From: an uncultured Thermoleophilaceae bacterium
GTDB lineage: Bacteria > Actinomycetota > Thermoleophilia > Solirubrobacterales > Thermoleophilaceae
NCBI GenBank assembly: GCA_963769675.1
Contig: CAVYMS010000009.1
Location: forward strand, 192,008-256,007
DNA: 64,000 bases
Reading direction: 5' to 3'
The translations under genes were made by a program, and so were the position numbers. The notes beneath the pieces are model-generated. The model ran no database searches and was not told where the DNA came from. It saw only the letters and a program-made list of their open reading frames with translations. Below, piece after piece: positions 56,301-64,000 of this stretch (its first letter is position 1; every line of letters begins with the position of its first letter).

Positions 56301-57581
56301 GTGAACGCAGCGACAGAAGCAGCCACCCAGGCGGCGCAGGAGGCCATCGACGGGGCCGGAGCCGAGCCCGCGGCCTTCTCGCTCGCACTCTCCGACGACC
56401 AGCGCGACATCCGCGACTGGGTCCACGGCTTCGCCGAGAAGGTGGTGCGCCCGGCCGCGGCCGAGTGGGACGAGCGCGAGGAGACGCCCTGGCCGGTGAT
56501 CCAGGAGGCCGCCAAGATCGGCCTCTACGGGTTCGAGTCGCTGGCCCAGTTCTGGGCCGACCCGACGGGCATCCAGCTGCCGATCGTGAACGAGGAGCTG
56601 TTCTGGGGCGACGCCGGCATCGGCATGTCCATCATGGGCACCACGCTGGCCGTGGCCGGGATCTTCAGTGCCGGCACGCCCGAGCAGATGGGCGAGTGGG
56701 TGCCGCAGTGCTACGGCACCGAGGACGAGCCGCAGGTGGGGTCGTTCTGCGTGTCGGAGCCCAACGCGGGCTCGGACGTGTCCTCGCTGCGCACGCGCGC
56801 CAAGTACGACGAGGCCAAGGACGAGTGGGTCCTCAACGGCCAGAAGGCGTGGGCCACCAACGGCGGCATCGCCAACGTGCACGTGGTCGTGGCCTCGGTC
56901 GATCCGGAGCTGGGCTCGCGCGGGCAGGCGGCGTTCGTGATCCCGCCGCAGACCAAGGGTCTGGAGCAGGGCACCAAGGTCAAGAAGCACGGCATCCGCG
57001 CGTCGCACACCGCCGACGTGTTCCTCGACGACTGCCGCGTGCCCGGTGCCTGCCTGCTCGGCGGCAAGGAGAAGCTGGACGAGCGCCTCGCTCGCGCCCG
57101 GGAGGGCAAGCGCTCCAAGAGCCAGGCCGCCATGCAGACCTTCGAGGCCAGCCGGCCGACGGTGGGTGCCCAGGCGATCGGAATCGCCCGCGCCGCGTAC
57201 GAGTACGCGCTCGACTACGCGAAGGAGCGCGAGCAGTTCGGCCGCAAGATCGTCGAGAACCAGGCGATCGCGTTCACGCTGGCCGACATGAAGCTGGAGA
57301 TCGACGCCGCGCGGCTGCTGGTCTGGCGGGCGTCATGGATGGGCAAGGCGGGGCACAAGTTCACCAACGCCGAGGGCTCGATGTCCAAGCTCAAGGCCGG
57401 CGAGGTGGCGGTCTGGGTCACCGAGCGCGCGATCCAGATCCTGGGCGGCAACGGCTACACGCGCGAGTTCCCGGTGGAGCGGATGCACCGCGACGCCAAG
57501 ATCTACACGATCTTCGAGGGCACCTCGGAGATCCAGCGACTCGTGATCGCGCGAGCGATCTCTGGGATCCAGGTGCGATAG
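56301..57581 (+). CDS. acyl-CoA dehydrogenase
   Basis: The frame is intact. GTG 56301 lies 6 nt after GAAGGAG; the ORF track starts at TTG 56286. The motifs are [19 protein letters not shown] and the C-terminal catalytic [15 protein letters not shown]. Confidence 0.9.
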   Translation: MNAATEAATQAAQEAIDGAGAEPAAFSLALSDDQRDIRDWVHGFAEKVVRPAAAEWDEREETPWPVIQEAAKIGLYGFESLAQFWADPTGIQLPIVNEELFWGDAGIGMSIMGTTLAVAGIFSAGTPEQMGEWVPQCYGTEDEPQVGSFCVSEPNAGSDVSSLRTRAKYDEAKDEWVLNGQKAWATNGGIANVHVVVASVDPELGSRGQAAFVIPPQTKGLEQGTKVKKHGIRASHTADVFLDDCRVPGACLLGGKEKLDERLARAREGKRSKSQAAMQTFEASRPTVGAQAIGIARAAYEYALDYAKEREQFGRKIVENQAIAFTLADMKLEIDAARLLVWRASWMGKAGHKFTNAEGSMSKLKAGEVAVWVTERAIQILGGNGYTREFPVERMHRDAKIYTIFEGTSEIQRLVIARAISGIQVR

Positions 57582-57584
57582 AAG

Positions 57585-58496
57585 ATGGCGGTCGTGGCGC
57601 CACCGCAGCAGCTCGAGCTCCAGGAGACGACCCTGCACGGCCACCGCGTGGCCTACCGCCACGGCGGCGAGGGCCCGGTGATCGTTCTCCTGCACGGCAT
57701 CACCTCCACCTCGGCCACCTGGGAGAAGGTGCTGCCCTATCTGGCCACCCGGTTCACCGTGATCGCCCCCGACCTGATCGGCCACGGCGACTCCGCCAAG
57801 CCGCGCGGCGACTACTCGCTCGGCGCGTATGCCAGCGGCGTCCGCGACCTGGTGGTGTCGCTGGGCTACGACAGCGCGACCTTCGTCGGGCACTCGCTCG
57901 GCGGCGGCGTGGCGATGCAGCTGTCCTACCAGTTCCCCGAGCGCTGCGAACGACTGGTGCTGGTGGACAGCGGCGGCCTCGGCCGCGAGGTCAGCGGGCT
58001 GTTGCGGGCGGCCACGCTGCCGGGCTCGGAGTGGGTGCTGCCGCTGCTGGCCAGCGGCCGCATCCTCGGCGCCGGCCGGGCCGTGGGCGGCCTTCTCGAC
58101 CGCCTCGGACTCCGCGCGGGCACCGACATCGAGGAGATGGCCCGCGGCCATGCCACCCTCTACGACCGCGAGGCGCGCGAGGCGTTCGTCCACACCCTGC
58201 GAACGATCGTCGAGCCGGGCGGCCAGCGCGTCGATGCCAGCGACCGCCTCTACCTGGCGGAGAACGTGCCGTTCATGCTCGTCTGGGGCGAGGACGACAG
58301 CATGATCCCGCTGGCCCACGGACAGCGCGCCCACGAGTTGGTTCCCTCCAGCCGCCTCGAGGTCTTCCCGGGCGCCGGCCACTTCCCGCACGTGGACGAG
58401 CCGCAGCGATTCATCGACGTGCTGGTGGACTTCATGGACACCACCGACCCGGCCGAAGTGGAGCCGGAGCGGTGGCGGGCGCTGCTGCGGGACTGA
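57585..58496 (+). CDS. alpha/beta hydrolase
   Basis: Intact 303-aa ORF. It has the oxyanion motif VLLHGI, the nucleophile elbow GHSLGG and a C-terminal GAGHFPH. Confidence 0.85.
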   Translation: MAVVAPPQQLELQETTLHGHRVAYRHGGEGPVIVLLHGITSTSATWEKVLPYLATRFTVIAPDLIGHGDSAKPRGDYSLGAYASGVRDLVVSLGYDSATFVGHSLGGGVAMQLSYQFPERCERLVLVDSGGLGREVSGLLRAATLPGSEWVLPLLASGRILGAGRAVGGLLDRLGLRAGTDIEEMARGHATLYDREAREAFVHTLRTIVEPGGQRVDASDRLYLAENVPFMLVWGEDDSMIPLAHGQRAHELVPSSRLEVFPGAGHFPHVDEPQRFIDVLVDFMDTTDPAEVEPERWRALLRD

Positions 58497-58500
58497 GGCG

Positions 58501-59295
58501 CTAAGGCGCGCGGCTGTCCGCGCGGGCGCGCACCCGCCCGGTGGCCCCCCCGGTGGCCCCCGCGGTGGCCGCGCGGCTCTGGTAGTCGCCACGGCTCAGG
58601 TGGTGCTCGAGGAACACGTAGAGGACTATGAACAGGTAGCGGCTGCCCATCTCGCGGAGGTCGAGCTTGGACGTGCCTCCGGAGCGGCCGCGCCAAGAGG
58701 TGGGCAGGATCGCGTAGCTGTGGCCTCGCGTGATCGCCTTCAGGGGCAGCTCCACGGTTAGGTTGAAGTGGTTGGAGAGCAGCGGCTGGACGCCTTCGAT
58801 GACCTCGCGGCGGTAGGCCTTGAAGGCGTTGGTGGTGTCGCTGTAGCGATGCCGGAACAGGACCCGGATCCCCCAGTTCACGATCCGGTTGATCGCGAGC
58901 TTGACGCGTGGGTAGTCGGTGATCGTGGCACCGGGCATGAACCGCGACCCGAAGGCGCAGTCATACCCCTCTTCCAGCAGGCGGTGGTAGAGGACGAGGT
59001 CGGACGGATCGTCGGAGCCGTCCGCCATCATGATCGCCACAGCGTCGCCCTCGAACGCCTCCAGGCCCGCCCGCACGGCGAACCCGAAGCCGTTGTTGAG
59101 CGTGCGCAGGCAGCGAACATGCGGGTTGGTGGAGCCCACCGACTCCACGACGGCGGCGGTGCGGTCGGAGCTTGCGTCGTCGACCACGATCAGCTCGTAG
59201 TCGATCTCCTTGCGCTCGAGGTGGGATGTGATCTCGAGCAGCGTGTCCTCGATGGTCTCCGCCTCGTTGCGGGCCGGGATGACGACCGAGAGCAT
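58501..59295 (-). CDS. GT2 polyprenyl-phosphate glycosyltransferase (Dpm1/ArnC-like)
   Basis: ATG 59295 shares one base with the upstream stop (TGATG). The motifs are LSVVIPARNEAETI, ELIVVDDASSDRT, MMADGSDDP and TNAFKAYRR. A C-terminal hydrophobic segment RYLFIVLYVFL is present. Confidence 0.85.
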   Translation of the reverse strand: MLSVVIPARNEAETIEDTLLEITSHLERKEIDYELIVVDDASSDRTAAVVESVGSTNPHVRCLRTLNNGFGFAVRAGLEAFEGDAVAIMMADGSDDPSDLVLYHRLLEEGYDCAFGSRFMPGATITDYPRVKLAINRIVNWGIRVLFRHRYSDTTNAFKAYRREVIEGVQPLLSNHFNLTVELPLKAITRGHSYAILPTSWRGRSGGTSKLDLREMGSRYLFIVLYVFLEHHLSRGDYQSRAATAGATGGATGRVRARADSRAP

Positions 59296-60365
59296 CAAGA
59301 AACCGGCTCCCAGGCTTCCACGTTCTGAGCGTGGATCTCCTTCAGGATGCCCTCCACGTCGTAGTCCATCGACCACTGCGGGTAGTCGGCCTCGAACGGC
59401 CGCAGGTCTGAGATCCACCAGCGGTGGTCGCCCTTGCGCGACTCCTCGCTGAGGTCCCACGACAGCTCGCGCGCGGCGATCCGCTCGCACATCTCGATGG
59501 CCTCGAGCATCGAGCAGTTGCTCCGCCTCCCGCCACCGATGTTGTAGACGGCTGCGCTGCCCGGGGCGCGCTTGAACTCGGCAAACGCGCGCACCAGGTC
59601 GGCGCTGTGGACGTTGTCGCGGACCTGCAGGCCGCGGTATCCGAACACGGTGTAGTGCTCTCCCGTGACGGTGCAGCGCATGAGGTACGACAGGAAGCCG
59701 TGCAGCATGGCTCCAGCGTGGTTTGGGCCGGTCAGGCAGCCGCCGCGAAAGCACACGGTGGGCATCCCGAAGTAGCGCCCGTACTCCTGAACCATCAGGT
59801 CGGCGGCGGCCTTCGAGACGCCGAACAGGGAATGCATGGAGGAGTCGATGGTCATCGAGGTGTCGATGCCGTCGAAGTACCGGTGATCCTCGGGCAGCTC
59901 CAGCCGGGCGCCGCGCTCCTCCAGCGGCAGCCCGTTGGGCGTGTCGCCATAGACCTTGTTCGTGGACAGGAACACGAACGGCGCGTCGGGCGTGTGATCG
60001 CGCGCCGCCTCGAGGAGGTTCAGGGTGCCGTTGGCGTTCACGCCGAAGTCGGTCTGGGGGTCGGAGGCCGCCCAGTCGTGCGAAGGCTGGGCCGCGGCGT
60101 GGACGATCAGCTCGATCTGGCCCGCGTTGTCGGCGAACACCTTGCGGACCCGGTCTACGTCGCGGATGTCGACCTCAAGCGACGAGAACTCGGGGAATCG
60201 GTCCGCCAGGCGGTCGGTGACCGGCCGAGTGGACGCGCCCGGTCCGAAGAACTGCGCGCGCATATCGTTCTCGAGGCCGATCACGCGGTAACCCTCCTGC
60301 ACGAAGTGCTCGACGGTCTGTGAGCCCACGAGGCCGCCCGAGCCGGTCACGATGACCACTGCCAT
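59295..60365 (-). CDS. NAD-dependent epimerase/dehydratase (extended SDR, CDP-paratose-2-epimerase-like)
   Basis: Intact. ATG 60365 gives MAVVIVTGSGGLVGS; the ORF track starts at TTG 60377. The catalytic motif is SLFGVSKAAAD (Y replaced by F-G-V-S-K context, see sequence). RGGCLTGPNH is also present. Confidence 0.75.
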   Translation of the reverse strand: MAVVIVTGSGGLVGSQTVEHFVQEGYRVIGLENDMRAQFFGPGASTRPVTDRLADRFPEFSSLEVDIRDVDRVRKVFADNAGQIELIVHAAAQPSHDWAASDPQTDFGVNANGTLNLLEAARDHTPDAPFVFLSTNKVYGDTPNGLPLEERGARLELPEDHRYFDGIDTSMTIDSSMHSLFGVSKAAADLMVQEYGRYFGMPTVCFRGGCLTGPNHAGAMLHGFLSYLMRCTVTGEHYTVFGYRGLQVRDNVHSADLVRAFAEFKRAPGSAAVYNIGGGRRSNCSMLEAIEMCERIAARELSWDLSEESRKGDHRWWISDLRPFEADYPQWSMDYDVEGILKEIHAQNVEAWEPVS

Positions 60366-60369
60366 CCTG

Positions 60370-61464
60370 CTATCCAATCAGGGCGGCCCGGACGGCGGCC
60401 TCATTCTGCTCGATCCACTCCAGGGTGTCGGCCAGGATGTGGCGCGCGTCGCGCCGCGGCCGCCAGTCCGTGTGCTCGAACAGGCGCCCGCAGTCCGACA
60501 GGTAGATCCGCACATCGCCTGGACGCTCCTCGGCCGTCTCAGCCACGGGTGGGCTGTTTCCGGTCAGCTCGCGGCACAGGTCCGTGGTCTCGCGCAGCGA
60601 CAGGCTCACCTCGCGACCGCCGCCCACGTTGGCGGTCACCCCTGCCCAATGATCGGGCTCCGCCAGTTGCCCCTCGATCAGGTCCACCAAGTCATCCACG
60701 TGCAGAAGGTCCCGCACCTGCTTGCCCGCGCCGCCATAGCCGATGTAGCGCAGGTCGTGTTTGAAGTAGTGGCTCATCAGCCAGAAGCTGAAGACGCCCT
60801 GATCGACCTTGCCCATCTGCCAAGGGCCTGCGATCACGCCGCTGCGATCGACCACGGTCCGCAGGCCGAACGCGGCTGCGTACTCGGTGACCAGCAGCTC
60901 GGCGGCCAGCTTCGTGGCTCCGTAGAGCGTCCGCGCGCCCTCGAGCGGGAACGACTCTGAGACCCCGGCGGCGCTCAGGCCCGTGAGCGACTGCTCCCCG
61001 GTGAGCTCAAAGCGCGTTGCCTCCTCAATGTGGACCCCGGCGTCGAGCAGCTCGAACGGATAGACCCTGCTGGTGGAGAGGAACACGAACTGGGCGTCGT
61101 CGCGCCGCGCGAGCTCCAGGCAGTGGTAGGCGCCGAGCAGATTGCTGTGCAGCGCGTATGCGGTGTTGCCGTCGTCCCCGGCCAGCGCAGAGGGCTCGGC
61201 CGAGCACTCCACCAGCGCGTCGTGCTCCTCCAGCGCCAGTAGATCGCCCGGTTCGCGCACGTCACCGTGCACGAACTCGACCCCCGCTTCCCGCAGGCGC
61301 GGGACGTTGAGCTCGGAGCCGCGCCGCCGAAGGTTGTCGAACGCCACGATCCGCCACCCTGGGTGGCGCCCGGCGAGTGCCACGCACAGGTTCGCGCCCA
61401 CGAAACCCGCTCCGCCGGTGACGAGGACGCTCAGATCCGCGGCGGACTCAGCGTGTGGCGTCAC
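60370..61464 (-). CDS. NAD-dependent epimerase/dehydratase (extended SDR), paralogue of the downstream gene
   Basis: Intact 364-aa ORF. The motifs are VLVTGGAGFVGANL, the catalytic TLYGATKLAAE and VVDRSGVIAGPWQ. GTG 61464 shares one base with the HAD gene stop. Confidence 0.8.
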   Translation of the reverse strand: MTPHAESAADLSVLVTGGAGFVGANLCVALAGRHPGWRIVAFDNLRRRGSELNVPRLREAGVEFVHGDVREPGDLLALEEHDALVECSAEPSALAGDDGNTAYALHSNLLGAYHCLELARRDDAQFVFLSTSRVYPFELLDAGVHIEEATRFELTGEQSLTGLSAAGVSESFPLEGARTLYGATKLAAELLVTEYAAAFGLRTVVDRSGVIAGPWQMGKVDQGVFSFWLMSHYFKHDLRYIGYGGAGKQVRDLLHVDDLVDLIEGQLAEPDHWAGVTANVGGGREVSLSLRETTDLCRELTGNSPPVAETAEERPGDVRIYLSDCGRLFEHTDWRPRRDARHILADTLEWIEQNEAAVRAALIG

Positions 61465-62246
61465 TACCCGACCTCGGCCACCAGGTCCGCCACCGAGTCC
61501 ACGATCCGCGACGCCCGGAACGGGTAGCGCTCCGCCTCGGAGCGGTCGGCCGTGACCCCGGTGAGCACGAGGACCGTCTCCAGCCCGGCCTCGAGGCCCG
61601 AGACCACGTCGGTGTCCATCCGGTCGCCGATCATCGCGGTGTGCTCGGAGTGGGCGTCGATCGCGTTCAGCGCCGAGCGCATCATCAACGGGTTGGGCTT
61701 GCCCACGTAGTAGGGGTCGTGGCCGGTGGCGCGGCTGATCAGCGCCGCCACGGCGCCCGTGGCCGGCAGCGGGCCCTCGCGGGTGGGGCCGGTGGGGTCG
61801 GGGTTGGTGGCGATGAAGCGCGATCCGCTGGCCACCAGCCGGATGGCCTGCGTGATCCGCTCGAAGCTGTAGGTGCGCGTCTCGCCCAGCACGACGTAGT
61901 CGGGGTCGCGCTCGTTGAGCGTGTAGCCCGCCTCGTGGAGGGCGGTGGTCAGGCCCGACTCGCCGATCACGAACGCCGACCCGCCCGGCCGTTGATCCGC
62001 CAGGAACTGCGCCGTGGCCAGAGCCGAGGTCCAGATCGACTCCTCCGGGACCTCGAGCCCGCTGGTGCGCAGCCGCGCCGCCAGGTCGCGGCGGGTGTAG
62101 ATGGAGTTGTTTGTGAGCACCAGGAACGGGATGCCGTTGCGCTTCAGGGCGTCCAGGAAGTCGCTGGCACCCGGGATCGCCTGCTCCTCGTGCACCAGCA
62201 CGCCGTCCATGTCCATCAGCCAGGACTTGATCTCTCGTCGCGTCAC
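61464..62246 (-). CDS. HAD-IIA family hydrolase (NagD-like sugar phosphatase)
   Basis: GTG 62246 opens the gene. Motif I is [20 protein letters not shown] and [10 protein letters not shown] are also present. The frame is intact. Confidence 0.85.
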   Translation of the reverse strand: MTRREIKSWLMDMDGVLVHEEQAIPGASDFLDALKRNGIPFLVLTNNSIYTRRDLAARLRTSGLEVPEESIWTSALATAQFLADQRPGGSAFVIGESGLTTALHEAGYTLNERDPDYVVLGETRTYSFERITQAIRLVASGSRFIATNPDPTGPTREGPLPATGAVAALISRATGHDPYYVGKPNPLMMRSALNAIDAHSEHTAMIGDRMDTDVVSGLEAGLETVLVLTGVTADRSEAERYPFRASRIVDSVADLVAEVG

Positions 62247-62291
62247 GGGGGAGCAGCTTAGGCGGGCGCGGGTGCCATAGATTCCCGCGCC

Positions 62292-63374
62292 GTGGCGATC
62301 GACCTGCTCACGGGCTTCCCGGGCTTCATCGGCAAGCGGCTGGCGCGGCGGCTGCTGGACGACGATCCCGAGCGCACGATCGTCGCGCTCGTGGAGCCCC
62401 GGATGCTGGACGCCGGCGCGGGCCGCCGCGGCCGAGATCGCGCCCGACCGGATCGAGATCGTGGGCGGGGACATCGCCGAGCGCGGGCTCGGGCTGTCCG
62501 ACACCGACTACGAGCGCCTGCGGGCCGAGGTCGCGCGGGTGTTCCACCTGGCGGCCATCTACGACCTGGCGGTGCCGGAGGAGCTGGCGCAGCGGGTGAA
62601 CGTGGACGGCACCGGCAACGTGCTGGAGCTGTGCGCGGCCGCCGAGCGGCTCGAGCGGCTGGCGTACGTGAGCACCGCCTACGTGGCCGGGCTGCGCACC
62701 GGGGTCGTCTACGAGCACGAGCTGGTCATGGGCCAGCGCTTCAAGAACCACTACGAGTCGACCAAGTTCCAGGCCGAGGTCTGGGCGCGCGCAGTTCCTC
62801 AACCGCGCTGCCGATGACCATCCTGCGCCCGGCGATCGTGGTGGGCGACTCGCGGACCGGGGAGACGCAGAAGTTCGACGGCCCCTACTACCTCCTGCGG
62901 GCGGTGGCCCGGGCCCACAGCACCGGCCAGCCGCTCATGCACTTCGGCCGCTCGCGGGCGCCCTTCAACGTCGTGCCGGTGGACTACGTGGTGGAGGCCA
63001 TCGCTTCGGCAGCGGCGGCGCCCGAGGCGGAGGGCGAGACCTTCCACCTGGTCGATCCCGAGCCGCTGACCTCGGGCGAGCTGCTGGGCGAGCTCGCGCA
63101 GCGCTACGGGGCCGACCCGCCCAAGGGCAGCATCCCGCCCTTGGTGGCGGACGCCGCCCTGCGCGTGCCGGCTGTGCGGGCCAGGATGGGCGGCACGCCG
63201 CGCGAGTCGCTCCCCTACCTCAACCACCCGGTGGTGTTCGACATGCGGCGCACACGCGACGTGCTCGGTCCGCGCGGACTCACCCCGCCGCGGTTCACCG
63301 ACTACGCCGACAGCATGGTGGGCTTCTTCAAGGCCCACGAGTCCGACCCGGCGCTGGCGCCCAAGGCGGCGTAG
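62292..63374 (+). CDS. SDR-family NAD(P)-dependent reductase/epimerase (thioester-reductase-like), two frame jumps
   Basis: [18 protein letters not shown] starts at GTG 62292. The middle is in ORF 62461..62817 ([10 protein letters not shown]...YVSTAYVAG...YESTKFQAE). The frame then returns ([25 protein letters not shown]). The jumps are near 62420 and near 62790. Confidence 0.75.
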   Translation: MAIDLLTGFPGFIGKRLARRLLDDDPERTIVALVEPRMLDAGAGRRGRDRARPDRDRGRGHRRARARAVRHRLRAPAGRGRAGVPPGGHLRPGGAGGAGAAGERGRHRQRAGAVRGRRAARAAGVREHRLRGRAAHRGRLRARAGHGPALQEPLRVDQVPGRGLGARSSSTALPMTILRPAIVVGDSRTGETQKFDGPYYLLRAVARAHSTGQPLMHFGRSRAPFNVVPVDYVVEAIASAAAAPEAEGETFHLVDPEPLTSGELLGELAQRYGADPPKGSIPPLVADAALRVPAVRARMGGTPRESLPYLNHPVVFDMRRTRDVLGPRGLTPPRFTDYADSMVGFFKAHESDPALAPKAA

Positions 63375-63379
63375 CTCGG

Positions 63380-64000
63380 GTGGCTGCCACGGCTCAGCTC
63401 CTGGGGACGCCCTTCGTGGCGGTCGTCACCGGCGCGTCCAGCGGCATCGGCGAGGCCACCGCGCGCCGGCTGGCGCGCGAGCCGGGCGCGCAGCTGGTGC
63501 TGGTGGCGCGGCGCGAGGACCGGCTGCAGGCCCTGGCCGGCGAGCTCACGAACGCCACCTTCGTTGCGGCGGACCTGACCGATGCCGACGCCCCCAGGCG
63601 GGTGCTGGAGCACGTGCAGGAGCATCACGGACGGCTCAACCTGCTGGTCAACAACGCGGGCGCGGCCTGGCGCGCGACCTTCGCCGACGGCGGCCACGAG
63701 AACGTGAAGCGCACGATGGACGTGAACTTCGACGCCGTCGTGCGGATCACCGAGGAGCTGCTGCCGCTGCTGCGCAGCTCGGCGCCGAGCGCGATCGTGA
63801 ACGTGTCGAGCACGGCCGGGCGGGTGGCCAGGGGCGGCTCCGGCGCCTACTCGGCCAGCAAGTTCGCCCTCGCGGGCTGGACCGACGCGCTCCACCTGGA
63901 GGAGGCGCCCAACGGCGTGCACGTGGGGATGGTGCTGCCGGGCTTCATCGCCACCGAGGGATTCCCCCAGCGCGAGCTGGTGGACAAGCGCGCCACGCGC
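63380..64000 (+). CDS. short-chain dehydrogenase/reductase (classical SDR), 3' end outside window
   Basis: Hand translation from GTG 63380 gives AATAQLLGTPFVAVVTGASSGIGEATARRLA, NNAG and the catalytic YSASKFALAG. The frame is open to the window end and is absent from the ORF track because no stop lies in the window. Confidence 0.8.
   Translation, partial: MAATAQLLGTPFVAVVTGASSGIGEATARRLAREPGAQLVLVARREDRLQALAGELTNATFVAADLTDADAPRRVLEHVQEHHGRLNLLVNNAGAAWRATFADGGHENVKRTMDVNFDAVVRITEELLPLLRSSAPSAIVNVSSTAGRVARGGSGAYSASKFALAGWTDALHLEEAPNGVHVGMVLPGFIATEGFPQRELVDKRATR

Noticed and set aside
56195-58504. 769-aa plus-strand ORF covering the acyl-CoA dehydrogenase and hydrolase genes
   Set aside because: It is an off-frame shadow ORF with Arg/Gly/Pro-rich translation. 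The two intact genes in other frames fully explain the region.

Overview
This is a very GC-rich 64-kb window, probably actinobacterial. That assignment is an inference from composition and protein families only. I support about 58 protein-coding genes and found no rRNA, tRNA or CRISPR array.

The left third (1-23.5 kb) is core metabolism and transport:
- acyl-CoA carboxylase subunits: a partial beta subunit, an alpha subunit with BCCP domain, and a pccB-type beta subunit
- an MmpL transporter
- an APS-type sulfate-assimilation operon (sulfite reductase-cysH-cysD-cysN)
- a Doc-family toxin locus
- an ornithine-cyclodeaminase-family gene with an MFS transporter
- two methyltransferases
- a stand-alone acyl-CoA mutase large subunit
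- a moaD/moaE fusion

From about 23.5 kb to the end lies a large cell-envelope glycan locus:
- an ECF sigma factor fused to an anti-sigma domain
- a priming polyprenyl-phosphate sugar transferase
- an O-antigen-ligase/Wzy-like TPR protein and a Wzx-type flippase
- about 10 glycosyltransferases
- gmd and rmd (GDP-D-rhamnose route)
- a Wzm/Wzt ABC exporter whose Wzt has a C-terminal extension
- a GT2-GT4 fusion followed by translationally coupled methyltransferases
- two Dpm1-like polyprenyl-phosphate GT2 enzymes and a large polytopic membrane protein
- paired SDR epimerase/dehydratases

The observations most worth a second look are:
- the hybrid architecture of the glycan locus
- a 169-bp perfectly centred rod-like inverted-repeat element at 27403-27571 (a MITE or a structured RNA)
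- a Doc toxin with a His-to-Tyr change in the catalytic motif and only a 29-codon upstream ORF
- pervasive single-base frame jumps at homopolymers in roughly half of the genes

The frame jumps look like assembly indels rather than decay, but this needs checking. Coordinates of frameshifted genes are outer boundaries.
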